Assembly: GCA_964576115.1 (NCBI GenBank)
Contig: CAZNUA010000002.1
Span: forward strand, 21,789 to 85,788
From: an uncultured Gemmatimonadota bacterium
Lineage (GTDB): Bacteria > Blakebacterota > Blakebacteria > Blakebacterales > Blakebacteraceae
Direction: 5' to 3'
Length of the DNA: 64,000 bases
The notes below the pieces were generated by a model. It saw nothing but the letters and a program-made list of their open reading frames with translations. It was not told the DNA's origin and made no database searches. Position numbers and translations under genes: made by a program. The first letter of the stretch is position 1. Every line of letters begins with the position of its first letter. This document shows, in pieces, positions 19,354 through 28,530 of this stretch.

Positions 19354-19899
19354 TCAGGAGATCGTCTCTCCCTCGGCGGGGTTCGGAGAGTCTCCGGACG
19401 CCTGCTGCGCCTGCCTGATCAGACCCTCCCAGCGGGCTTTCGGTAGCTGGGAGAGCAGCACGCCGTCGGGGTGGCCGCCGTCGGGGTCGGGGGCGAGATA
19501 GATGGCGCAGCCCACCACCCCGTCGGGACCGCTCAGGGCCACATAGCCCGGCTCGATCCCGGGCCGGGTGCCGCGCAGTCCTCCACTGGCGAGCAGTGTC
19601 TCGAGCTCGGCCCGGGTCAGTTCGATCCGCGACCGTTCGAGGTAGGCACCGAGAACCTGCAGGGCCACAGTGGTGGGCTTCCAGTGCTTTCCGGCCCGGC
19701 GGAGCAGGGGCAGGCCGGTGCGTTCGACACGCAGAGCCGCCAGGGCCGTGTCGAGATGGGGCGCGTCGCGCAAGCCCCAGATGACCGAACCGGTGGTATA
19801 GAGCCGCCACTCCTCGATCACGCGGTGATCCACCCCGAAGCGGTCCGAAAAGACCTTCTGGACCGCCCGCAGTTCAGCCGATCCGCCGCAGGAGAGCAC
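19354..19899 (-). CDS. RsmF C-terminal domain fragment, in a different frame from the methyltransferase domain (probable frameshift, possible pseudogene)
   Basis: Begins 26 nt before the stop of the upstream methyltransferase ORF in another frame; its pattern resembles the RsmF C-terminal domain; a G5/C5 homopolymer lies at about 19906-19910. Confidence 0.45.
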   Translation of the reverse strand: MLSCGGSAELRAVQKVFSDRFGVDHRVIEEWRLYTTGSVIWGLRDAPHLDTALAALRVERTGLPLLRRAGKHWKPTTVALQVLGAYLERSRIELTRAELETLLASGGLRGTRPGIEPGYVALSGPDGVVGCAIYLAPDPDGGHPDGVLLSQLPKARWEGLIRQAQQASGDSPNPAEGETIS

Positions 19900-20785
19900 A
19901 GTAGAACCCCCAGGAGTTTGTGTGATGCGGCCAGAAGCGCCCGGTCAAAGCCAGTTCGGGCGGATAGTCCCGCCCTTCCCACGCCGTGATACCCGGCCGG
20001 GCGGGCAGGGTGTCGGGCAGGGGGAGCACGTCGGCTCCCCCCGCCTCGCTGAGCACCGTCGCCACGACCGCTTCGTTTTCTTCCGGGGCGTAGGTGCAGG
20101 TGGAGTAGAGCACCGTTCCGCCCGGCCGGACCACCGCCAGAGCCTTGCGCAGCAGAGCCCGCTGGGTAGCAGCCATGGCCGCAATGCCCTTCGGTCCGTC
20201 GGGCCGCCAGTTTCCCCCCCCTATCCGGAAGGTGCCTTCGCCGGTGCAGGGAGCGTCGAGAAGGACGTTGTCGAAAGAGAACCGCTCGGGGAAATTTTCG
20301 CCCCGATAGCGGGTGATCATCACGTTCGGAATGCCCAGCCGCTCCAGGTTGGCCGAGAGAATGCTCAGGCGGGTAGGGGTGACATCATTGGCGACGAGCA
20401 CGCCGTGCCCCATCATGACGCCGGCCAGGCCGGCGGTTTTGCCCCCCGGAGCGGCACAGATGTCGAGCACGTCAGATCCCGGTTCGGGGTCAAGGAGTAG
20501 GGGGGGCAGGGTCGAGGTCAGACCCTGGGGATGGTACCACCCCAGATGGTAGGCCCAGGTCAGGCCGGGACCGGGAAGCCCCGTGACGCGGTAGAGGTCG
20601 GGACTGACCGCGAAGCGCTCCCAGCCGGCGCCTGCTTCGGTGAGTCGGGCCTCGAAGCGTTCGCGGGTGACCTTGAAGGGATTCCAGCGCAGATCGACCG
20701 GCAGGGGATGCTGTAACGCCTCAACGAATGCCGCCGGATCGTCGACCAGGTCGAGATAGCGCGCGATCTGCGCCGGCAGGTCCAT
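19874..20785 (-). CDS. rsmF: 16S rRNA m5C methyltransferase, RsmB/RsmF (NOL1/NOP2/Sun) catalytic domain
   Basis: SAM-binding DICAAPGGKT, catalytic DAPCTGEG and LYSTCT motifs. Start taken at MDLPAQ; the track ORF extends to 20911. Confidence 0.8.
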   Translation of the reverse strand: MDLPAQIARYLDLVDDPAAFVEALQHPLPVDLRWNPFKVTRERFEARLTEAGAGWERFAVSPDLYRVTGLPGPGLTWAYHLGWYHPQGLTSTLPPLLLDPEPGSDVLDICAAPGGKTAGLAGVMMGHGVLVANDVTPTRLSILSANLERLGIPNVMITRYRGENFPERFSFDNVLLDAPCTGEGTFRIGGGNWRPDGPKGIAAMAATQRALLRKALAVVRPGGTVLYSTCTYAPEENEAVVATVLSEAGGADVLPLPDTLPARPGITAWEGRDYPPELALTGRFWPHHTNSWGFYCALLRRIG

Positions 20786-20795
20786 CGGGATTCCC

Positions 20796-23700
20796 TTATC
20801 TCCTCGGCGGGATGGCCAGCTGTGCGGGTATCTGGGGCCAGAGAACCCCGGCGGTCTCGAGCCGGTCCCGGAAGGCGAGGATCTTCCCGACCAGAGCGTT
20901 GTAGGCTTCAACCCCTTCGGCCACCGCCGCTTCGGCCCGCTCCATCAGGAGGCGTTCGGTGGGAGTGGGAGCGTCGAAGGTGGCACTGCCGAGAGCCCCG
21001 AAGGCGGCGTAGAGGGCATTCACGATCGCTTCGGGATCGCGGTAAATCCCCTGCACCTGCTCGGGCCCGAAGAAACGGGCTCTCAGGTCCTCGACGTCGG
21101 TCTGCAGAGCGCGGGCGGTTTCCTCGAGATCGCTCTTCAATTCTCCGGCCGTCTCCTCATCGAGTTCCCCGATCCGGCCCAGGGCGGTCTCGAGTTCGGA
21201 CCGGATCGTTGCGAGCGCCCCGCCCGCCTCGGTCATGACGTTGTTCAGGGCTTCGGCCCGCCGCAGGACGGCCTGTTTGTCCTGCATACCGGTCATCGAC
21301 GAGGTTTTGCGCGGGTCGGCGTGAACCGTCACGCTCTCCTGCGCACTCGCCTCACCCAGATGCAGCGTCACCATATACGTGCCCGGTACGACCTCGGGAC
21401 CCAGCTGGCCCGGCCCGGTTTCTGGATCGAGGGGATCTTCGTTGAGTTCCCAGACGACCCGGTTCACTCCCCGGCGAACCGGCGCGTGAATCGTCCGCAG
21501 AACCCGTTCGGTGGAATCGGAGATCTCGATCACGACCTCGTCCTCCCCCTCGCCCGGATCGGCCCAGAAACTCAGGCAGGCGCCGTAGGGCCGGTTCTCG
21601 CCGGCGAACATGTTGTGACTCGGGAAGTGATACCCGTTCATCTGACGCACGACGTGCAGCCAGGTATCGGGGATGGTGAAGAGGTGCAGGGTCCGCTCAC
21701 GCACCGTGTTCGAGAGTTCGCGCAGAGGCCGGATGTCATCCACGATCCAGGCCGCCCGTCCGTGGGTGCCGATGACCAGATCGGCGGTACGGGGATGAAT
21801 GGTCAGGGCGCGGACCGGCACAGTGGGAAAACCGGGGTAGCGCCACCACTCCTGCCCGCCGTCCAGGGTGACCCAGAGACCGAATTCAGTGCCCGCCAAG
21901 AGCAGGTCGGGATTCTCGACATCCTGGATGAGGGTGTGGACGAAACCGTCCAGCGCAGGGGTTGCGACGGCCTCCCAGCTGCGGCCCCAGTTGACGGTCT
22001 TGAAGATGTAGGGGGTCCAGTCCGAACGCCGGTGATTGTCGAAGACCACCCAGGCGGCTCCGGCGTTGAACTTCGAGGCTTCGATGTGCGGTACCCAGGT
22101 CGAATCGGGCACTCCCCTGATGTTCGCGACCACGTTCTCCCAGTTCCGGCCGCCGTCGCGGGTGAGCTGCACGTTGCCGTCGTCGGTGCCGACCCAGATC
22201 ACGCCGCGCTCCACGGGGCTGGGGGCGATCGAGAGGATGGTGGTGTGGTTCTCCGCCCCGGTGGCGTCGTAAGTCAAACCGCCGCTGGATCCGAATTTCT
22301 GCTTGAGCGGATCGTCGGTCGAGAGGTCGGGACTGATCTCCTCCCAGCTCTCGCCCCGGTCGCGGCTCCGGTGCAGGTACTGACTGCCGAGATAGATCGT
22401 GGCCGGATCGAAGGGATCGACGGCAAAGCCCGAGTTCCAGTTGAAGCGCAGGGGATCCTCTGCCGGTCCGGCCGGGCGGATGTCCTTGCGCCCGCCGGTT
22501 GCGATATCCCACCTGATCAGGTAGCCCTGCTGGCTCATGGCGTAGCCGACGGTCGCATCTTCGGGATCGGGTACGGTGTGAAAACCGTCCCCGAAGCCGA
22601 CCTCGAACCAGTGCCAGTTCCGGATCCCGTTCAGTTCCCACACCTCGCTCGGGCCGCGCCAGGAACCGTTGTCCTGCATGCCGCCGTAGATGTGGTAGGG
22701 CAGCTCGTTGTCGACCGCGACGTGGTAGAACTGGGCCAGGGGCAGGTTGTCTATGAAGGTCCAGGTCCGGCCGCGGTCGCGGCTGATGGCCACCCCGCCG
22801 TCATTGCCGTCGATGATGTAGCGGCCGTCACCCGGATCGATCCACATGGCATGGTGATCGGCGTGCACCCCGGCGAAGGGAACCAGGACCTCGAAGCTGC
22901 GTCCGCCGTCATCGGAAACCGAAACCAGCGAGTAGAGCATGTACACCCGGTTGTGATTGTCGGGGTCGACCCGGATCTCGGAATAGTAGAAAGGCCGGTC
23001 GTGGATCCCGGGGGTGCGGTTGACGGTCTCGAACGAACGCCCGCCGTCCTCGCTCCTGAGCAGTACGCTCCGCTCGGCCTCGACCAGGGCGTAGATCACC
23101 TCGGGCCGCGAGGGGGCGATCGCCAGCCCGATCCGCCCCAGCTCCCCCGCCGGCAGACCCTGTTCGGGACCCAGTCTGGTCCAGTTCTCCCCTCCGTCGC
23201 GGCTAACCCACAGTCCGCTCCCCGGTCCCCCCGATTCAAAAAACCACGGCCAGCGGCGATGCTCCCACATGGCCGCGAAGAGAGTGTGCGGGTTGCGGGG
23301 ATCGATGACGAGGTCGGCCGCCCCGGTGCGCTCGTCGACGTAGAGCACTCTGGTCCAGCTCTGTCCGCCGTCCCCGGTCTTGAAGACCCCCCGTTCGGTC
23401 CCGTCTCCCCACAGGCGTCCGGTGGCCGCCACCCAGGCAATATCGGGGTCGGAGGGGTGGAGGACGATACGGGAAATGTGTTCGGTCTCCTCCAGACCCA
23501 TCAGCTGCCAGGTATCGCCCCCATCCATCGATTTGTACATCCCCCGGCCCACACCCACCGAGTTGCGCACGTTGTCTTCACCCGACCCGGCCCAGACGAT
23601 GTCGGGGTGGTTCTGGTTCACCGCCACCGCGCCGAAGCTCGAGACGGGCAGCTCGTCGGTCAGGGGGCGCCAGGTCGTGCCCCCGTCGGTCGACTTCCAC

Positions 23701-23921
23701 AGGCCCCCGGTGGCTGCCCCGACATAGATGACATACGGATCCGAGGCCAGGGCGTCGATGGCCCCGATCCGGCCGCTCATACCGGCCGGTCCGATCGAAC
23801 GGGGATGCAGGGAACGGAAGAGGTCGGGATCGGTCTGGGCGCGGGCTGACGGGCCCGTAGCGGCCCCCAGCATTACCACCAGAGCGATCAGTGATACCAG
23901 GACGGAAAACGTGCGGCGCAT
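20796..23921 (-). CDS. secreted BNR/Asp-box repeat protein (sortilin/VPS10-like beta-propeller) with C-terminal coiled-coil region
   Basis: Signal peptide; multiple SxDxGxTW Asp-box repeats (STDGGTTW, SMDGGDTW, TGDGGQSW, SRDGGENW, SEDGGRSF, SDDGGRSF, TRDGGRNW); about 1040 aa. Confidence 0.75.
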   Translation of the reverse strand: MRRTFSVLVSLIALVVMLGAATGPSARAQTDPDLFRSLHPRSIGPAGMSGRIGAIDALASDPYVIYVGAATGGLWKSTDGGTTWRPLTDELPVSSFGAVAVNQNHPDIVWAGSGEDNVRNSVGVGRGMYKSMDGGDTWQLMGLEETEHISRIVLHPSDPDIAWVAATGRLWGDGTERGVFKTGDGGQSWTRVLYVDERTGAADLVIDPRNPHTLFAAMWEHRRWPWFFESGGPGSGLWVSRDGGENWTRLGPEQGLPAGELGRIGLAIAPSRPEVIYALVEAERSVLLRSEDGGRSFETVNRTPGIHDRPFYYSEIRVDPDNHNRVYMLYSLVSVSDDGGRSFEVLVPFAGVHADHHAMWIDPGDGRYIIDGNDGGVAISRDRGRTWTFIDNLPLAQFYHVAVDNELPYHIYGGMQDNGSWRGPSEVWELNGIRNWHWFEVGFGDGFHTVPDPEDATVGYAMSQQGYLIRWDIATGGRKDIRPAGPAEDPLRFNWNSGFAVDPFDPATIYLGSQYLHRSRDRGESWEEISPDLSTDDPLKQKFGSSGGLTYDATGAENHTTILSIAPSPVERGVIWVGTDDGNVQLTRDGGRNWENVVANIRGVPDSTWVPHIEASKFNAGAAWVVFDNHRRSDWTPYIFKTVNWGRSWEAVATPALDGFVHTLIQDVENPDLLLAGTEFGLWVTLDGGQEWWRYPGFPTVPVRALTIHPRTADLVIGTHGRAAWIVDDIRPLRELSNTVRERTLHLFTIPDTWLHVVRQMNGYHFPSHNMFAGENRPYGACLSFWADPGEGEDEVVIEISDSTERVLRTIHAPVRRGVNRVVWELNEDPLDPETGPGQLGPEVVPGTYMVTLHLGEASAQESVTVHADPRKTSSMTGMQDKQAVLRRAEALNNVMTEAGGALATIRSELETALGRIGELDEETAGELKSDLEETARALQTDVEDLRARFFGPEQVQGIYRDPEAIVNALYAAFGALGSATFDAPTPTERLLMERAEAAVAEGVEAYNALVGKILAFRDRLETAGVLWPQIPAQLAIPPRR

Positions 23922-24099
23922 AACGGCTTCTCCTCTACGGTCGGGGCGGGTGGACAGTCTCTGTAACGTACGCCGGGCCGGATAGGTTCTTCAAGGCGGC
24001 GAGTGTTTGCGTTCGGGTCTGAGGCGGTACATCATTCACCGGTTCGTCCCCGGAGCCCGAAACCGATTCGCCGGCCGCCGGCCGGAGGTAAAGGAGACC

Positions 24100-25926
24100 A
24101 TGGAACGAATTGTCGAGTGCGTGCCCAACTTCTCGGAAGGCCGCAACGAAGCCGTCATCACCGAGATCACCGATGCCATCGAGAGTGTGGCCGGTATCCG
24201 CCTGCTCGATGTCGACCCCGGTGCCAACACCAACCGCACGGTGGTGACTTTTGTCGGCGAGCCCTCAGCCGTCGCCGAAGCCGCTTTCGCGGCCGTCAAA
24301 CGCGCCTCGGAGATCATCGACATGAGCACCCACAGCGGCGAGCACCCGCGTATGGGCGCCACCGACGTGGTGCCCTTCGTACCGGTGGCGGGGGTGACGA
24401 TGGCCGACTGCGTCGAGATGGCCCGCGCCGTTGGCCGGCGGATCGGAGACGAGCTCGGTATCCCGGTCTATCTCTACGAGCACGCCGCCTCCACACCGGA
24501 ACGGCGCAACCTGGCCCGGGTGCGAACCGGCGAATACGAAGGTCTCAAGGACCGTTTCGGCGATCCGGAGTGGACCCCCGATTTCGGTCCGGCCGAGTTC
24601 AACTCCCGCTCGGGCGCCACCGCGGTCGGCGCCCGCGAGTTCCTGATCGCCTACAACATCAACCTGAACACCATCGACCGCCGCTACGCCAACGAACTGG
24701 CTTACGAAATCCGCGAGCGGGGACGCTGGAAGCGGGCCGGGAATACCGAACCCTTCTACTACAAGGGCGAGGTGGTGCGCTTTGCCGGCGACGGTTCTTA
24801 TCCCTGCGGTAACTGCGATTTCATCGGCGCCTCGTTCGCAGAACTCGCCGATCACTACCGCGATGTGCACGGCGGCGATCTCGCTCGTCGTTTCGCCGAC
24901 CTCGACATCGATCCCGGGAATCCCTCCGGGCCGGTCTTCAAGGACGGCCGGTTCAGTCATGTCAAGGGAATCGGCTGGGTCATCGACGACTACGGCTGCG
25001 CCCAGATCAGCATGAACCTGACCGACTACCACGTCAGCCCGCCGCACGAAGTGCTCGAGGCCACCCGCGCCGAAGCCCTGAAACGGGGTATCGGCATCAC
25101 CGGTTCGGAGATCGTCGGGGTCATCCCGTATGAAGCCATGCGCCAGGCCGGCAGATACTACCGCCGCAAGATGATGAAATCGACCGGCATCCCCATCCCC
25201 GACCTGATGGAAACGGCGGTACGTTCGATGGGCCTGCGGGACGTGGCCCCTTTCGATATCCCCGAGAAAGTCCTCGCCCTGCCGCAGATCGAAGGTCCCC
25301 TGGTCAAGCGGCCGACCTTCGACTTCGTCGACGAGGTCTCCCGCGACACGCCCGCGCCGGGGGGAGGCTCGGTAGCCGCCCTGGCCGGCGCTCTCGGGGC
25401 CGCCCTGGCTTCGATGGTGGCCAACCTCTCGGTCGGCAAGGGGGAGTTCGACGAACGCTACGACGAACTCTGCTCGATCGCCGAACGGGCCCAGGAACTC
25501 AAGGACGCCCTGGTGCGCGCTGTGGACGAGGATACCACCGCCTTCGATTCGGTCCTCGAAGCGATGCGCATGCCCAAGGACACCGAAGCCGAGCGGGCCG
25601 AGCGGGCCACGGCCATACAGGCGGGTTACGAAGCAGCCACCCGGGTGCCCCTGCGCACGGTCGAACTCTGCCGCGAGGCGCTCGGACTGCTCAAGACGAT
25701 GGCCGGGATGGCCGATCCGAACATGATCAGCGATGTGGGGTCGGGGGCCCTGCTGGCCCGCGCCGGAGCCCGTGCGGCGGCCTACAACGTGCGCATCAAC
25801 CTGCCGCACATCAAAGACGAGGCCCTGTGCTCGGAACTCTCAGGCGGTCTCGACGAGGAGCTCGCCGCCTGCGCCAGGCTGGAAAAAGCTGTCACGAAGA
25901 ACGTCGAGAAAGCCCTGGCTGACTGA
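24100..25926 (+). CDS. bifunctional formimidoyltransferase-cyclodeaminase (glutamate formimidoyltransferase + formimidoyl-THF cyclodeaminase)
   Basis: N-terminal formiminotransferase signature (ECVPNFSEGRN) and C-terminal cyclodeaminase signature (PAPGGGSVAALAGALGAALASMV); AAGGAG RBS 7 nt upstream of ATG 24100. Confidence 0.8.
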   Translation: MERIVECVPNFSEGRNEAVITEITDAIESVAGIRLLDVDPGANTNRTVVTFVGEPSAVAEAAFAAVKRASEIIDMSTHSGEHPRMGATDVVPFVPVAGVTMADCVEMARAVGRRIGDELGIPVYLYEHAASTPERRNLARVRTGEYEGLKDRFGDPEWTPDFGPAEFNSRSGATAVGAREFLIAYNINLNTIDRRYANELAYEIRERGRWKRAGNTEPFYYKGEVVRFAGDGSYPCGNCDFIGASFAELADHYRDVHGGDLARRFADLDIDPGNPSGPVFKDGRFSHVKGIGWVIDDYGCAQISMNLTDYHVSPPHEVLEATRAEALKRGIGITGSEIVGVIPYEAMRQAGRYYRRKMMKSTGIPIPDLMETAVRSMGLRDVAPFDIPEKVLALPQIEGPLVKRPTFDFVDEVSRDTPAPGGGSVAALAGALGAALASMVANLSVGKGEFDERYDELCSIAERAQELKDALVRAVDEDTTAFDSVLEAMRMPKDTEAERAERATAIQAGYEAATRVPLRTVELCREALGLLKTMAGMADPNMISDVGSGALLARAGARAAAYNVRINLPHIKDEALCSELSGGLDEELAACARLEKAVTKNVEKALAD

Positions 25927-25947
25927 GTCAATCCGGTCACTGCGCTT

Positions 25948-25982
25948 CCCCGCGGTCACCCCGATACCGGGTGACCGCGGGG
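25948..25982. terminator. perfect 13-bp stem hairpin (CCCCGCGGTCACC-loop-GGTGACCGCGGGG) between convergent genes; likely bidirectional terminator
   Basis: Inverted repeat read directly in the sequence; no strong U-tract. Confidence 0.45.
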
Positions 25983-25997
25983 AGTTCTCTCACGGTT

Positions 25998-27011
25998 CTA
26001 TAATTTGGTCGAGCAGCTCGGACAGTAGTGCCAGCCCAGGCTGACCGTCTGCCCGCAGGTGGGGCAGGTGCCCCGCAGTTCGGTCTGACAGTAGGGACAG
26101 ACCACGAACCGCTTCGAGATCCGCTCCCCGCACTCGGGACACACCGGCCCCGACTCGCGGGTGACCAGGGCGTAGATCAGCAGCCCGATCAGACTGGTGA
26201 AGAGGGTAAAGAGGGCCCAGAGCACGGCCGGCAGGCGCCGCTTCTTCGCATCGAGATAGACCCAGACCGGCGGGGTGAGAATCAACAGGATGATCCCCAG
26301 CTGGCCCAGGCGCTGCAGGATCACGGCCAGGACCTGATAGAACGAACCGGGCAGTTCGGTTTCAGGCCGAAAGACAACAACCCGCAGGCCTCCGGACAGA
26401 CCTATCGGGACTTCATTTCCGGCAATATCCTGGGCTGTCAGGTAATCACCGGGGAAGTACTGACGCAGGACATCTGCATACTGATACCGATTTCGTCCCT
26501 GCCTGGAATAGAGGTGCAGGTCCCTGATCATAAATCCGTGCGTATTCCAGATCCGGTTCCGGTCGGGATCGGCGATCTCGGCCGGGGAGAAACCCTCGTC
26601 GGCGGAGACCCATTCCTGCAGATTGCGACCTTCAGCGGTTCTCAGCTCACCTTTCACGATGAGCGGCACGTCCTGATAAGCTGAGCCGATCTCCCGGTGA
26701 AACGCCTCTACCGTTCGCTGCACCAGAGCGGCAAAGGTCGAGTCGACCGCGAATCTCGGTCCCGCGGCCGTCAGTTCCGGGATCGTGAAGGTGAGCTGAC
26801 CAATATCGCCGAGCTGACGCTCGAAGATCTCTTTGACTTGCCGGGTGATGGCTTCACGCTCGCCGTATTCCTCGTTGTGCTGCCGGTTGATGTATTCCCC
26901 GTGTTTGTCTTTCATCCAGCCCGAACTCAGCATCGCCAGCAGTGGCATCACCACTCCCACCAGCACGATACCGATGACCCAGTTCCATTTTGTCTCCGAT
27001 AGTCCCTTCAT
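25998..27011 (-). CDS. membrane protein with extracytoplasmic domain and C-terminal double zinc-ribbon (4x CxxC)
   Basis: N-terminal TM, about 200-aa soluble domain, two more TM helices, then CPECG...CPYCQ...CPTCG...CPSC; start ATG overlaps the anti-sigma stop (ATGA). Confidence 0.6.
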   Translation of the reverse strand: MKGLSETKWNWVIGIVLVGVVMPLLAMLSSGWMKDKHGEYINRQHNEEYGEREAITRQVKEIFERQLGDIGQLTFTIPELTAAGPRFAVDSTFAALVQRTVEAFHREIGSAYQDVPLIVKGELRTAEGRNLQEWVSADEGFSPAEIADPDRNRIWNTHGFMIRDLHLYSRQGRNRYQYADVLRQYFPGDYLTAQDIAGNEVPIGLSGGLRVVVFRPETELPGSFYQVLAVILQRLGQLGIILLILTPPVWVYLDAKKRRLPAVLWALFTLFTSLIGLLIYALVTRESGPVCPECGERISKRFVVCPYCQTELRGTCPTCGQTVSLGWHYCPSCSTKL

Positions 27012-27493
27012 GACACATCCTCCATTCGACGCCGTGCGGTGGCAAAGAGCAGGGGTGAGGAGAGAAGCAGGAGTCCGGTCGTACCGGCCAGGACGTGCAG
27101 CGGGTAGGTTGTCAGACCCTGCACGATCCAGAGAACGGCCTCGGATACCGGCGGGAAGAGGCCGCCGAAGAGAGCCACGACGAGAGCCGCGACGCCCGCC
27201 ACCCGCACGACCAGGCGCCGGACCGTGTGCTGCGGATCGGCCCGGTGCCCGGCTGCGGCCATCACCCCCGCCATCCGCCGCTCGAACCCGAGTCGGCCGC
27301 CGGCTTCGCGCCCGGGCACGGCCCCCTCGATGGCACGCAGGAAGTCCGCCCACTCCCGGCAGTCGGCGCATGTGTCGAGATGCCGCGCGATCGTATCGTG
27401 CCGGCGGCCCGATTCTCCCCGCAGGTGATCGATCAGCAGGGGCCGGATTTCGGTGCACCCCGGGCGGTTCAGGGTGCCGTTCTCATTCCTCAT
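27008..27493 (-). CDS. anti-sigma factor, zf-HC2 type
   Basis: HLDTCADCREWADF zinc motif plus TM helix; alternative start at 27514 would overlap the sigma gene. Confidence 0.7.
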   Translation of the reverse strand: MRNENGTLNRPGCTEIRPLLIDHLRGESGRRHDTIARHLDTCADCREWADFLRAIEGAVPGREAGGRLGFERRMAGVMAAAGHRADPQHTVRRLVVRVAGVAALVVALFGGLFPPVSEAVLWIVQGLTTYPLHVLAGTTGLLLLSSPLLFATARRRMEDVS

Positions 27494-27500
27494 CGTGTTC

Positions 27501-28118
27501 TCACTCCCCTTCATGTCGCTTCAACTCCTCACCGAATTCAATCCCATCCCTGTCTTCGGAGAGCAGAGCCGACCGCATTTTTTCCAGCGCTTTGAAGCGC
27601 CGGACCCGGACGGTGGCCCGCGAGCACTCCTGCAGCTCCGCGATCTGAGCCGTGTTCCAGCCGCTGAAGAAGGTCAGCCGGACGGTTTCCTGTTCCAGGG
27701 TCGAAAGGGTGCTCAGGGCCGCCTCGAGCATCGCCGGCGAGAGGCTCTCGAGTCCCGCATCGGGCTCGGCCGGAGCCTGGCCCATGGTGGTCTCGACCAG
27801 CCCCTGCTCCCGTCCCTCCCATAATCGCCGGCGGGTCTTCAGGACTTTGAGCCGGTCGAAACACAGGTTGCGGGCGATGGTGTAGATCCAGGTGGAGAAG
27901 CGGGCCGAGGCCCGGTAGGAATCCGCCGAACGGATCGCTTTCATGAAGGTCTCCTGCACCAGATCTTCCGCCTCGTCTTCCGAAGGAACAAAACCACGGC
28001 AGTAGCGGAGCAGCCGTACCGCATAGCGGTCCATCAGCTCCCCGAAGGCGTCGGTGTCGCCCCGGGAGTAGCGGATGAAGAGTCGTTCATCGCTTATGCG
28101 GTTCGGTTCACGTCCCAT
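27501..28118 (-). CDS. ECF RNA polymerase sigma factor
   Basis: Region 2 (LVQETFMKAIRSADSY...STWIYTIARNLCFD) and region 4 (ETVRLTFFSGWNTAQIAELQECSRATVRVRRFKALEKM). Confidence 0.85.
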   Translation of the reverse strand: MGREPNRISDERLFIRYSRGDTDAFGELMDRYAVRLLRYCRGFVPSEDEAEDLVQETFMKAIRSADSYRASARFSTWIYTIARNLCFDRLKVLKTRRRLWEGREQGLVETTMGQAPAEPDAGLESLSPAMLEAALSTLSTLEQETVRLTFFSGWNTAQIAELQECSRATVRVRRFKALEKMRSALLSEDRDGIEFGEELKRHEGE

Positions 28119-28166
28119 GCAGTTCCGTATACCGGTCCGGCTCACCGGACGTTTATCGGGATCGGT

Positions 28167-28427
28167 TCAGACCAGGCCCATCTCGCGCCGCAGCCCGTCG
28201 AGGGTGGTCGTACCCTGTTCCAGGGCCGACCCCAGAGCCGAGCGCAGAGACTCGATATCGAACTGCTGTTCCAGGGTTTCGAGCAGAACCAGGTCCACGA
28301 TCCCCACCACCGCGGCCACCTCACGGCCGTGACGGCGCAGGACCGCCCGCTCCCCGGCGTACCCGACCCGGTTGACGATCTCGGAAATGTCCTTGCGGGC
28401 CTCCGAGACGGAGATATCGATCATCAT
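28167..28427 (-). CDS. Phd/YefM-family antitoxin-like protein (no cognate toxin gene adjacent)
   Basis: N-terminal YefM/Phd fold signature (ISVSEARKDISEIVNRVGYAGERAVLRRHGREVAAVVGIVDL); AAGGAG RBS upstream of ATG 28427. Confidence 0.7.
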   Translation of the reverse strand: MMIDISVSEARKDISEIVNRVGYAGERAVLRRHGREVAAVVGIVDLVLLETLEQQFDIESLRSALGSALEQGTTTLDGLRREMGLV

Positions 28428-28530
28428 TTTCTCCTTTGTACGTTTCGTCTGTTTTGTACGATTCTATATCACTATACGGGAAGACCGCGACATGGCCACA
28501 TCGCGGCAATATCAGGCTGCAGAAGACGTG

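Noticed and set aside
28142-28324. 60-aa ORF as possible toxin partner of the Phd/YefM-like gene
   Set aside because: Overlaps the antitoxin gene in another frame, Trp/Arg/Pro-rich, no RelE/YoeB/ParE/Doc motifs; spurious
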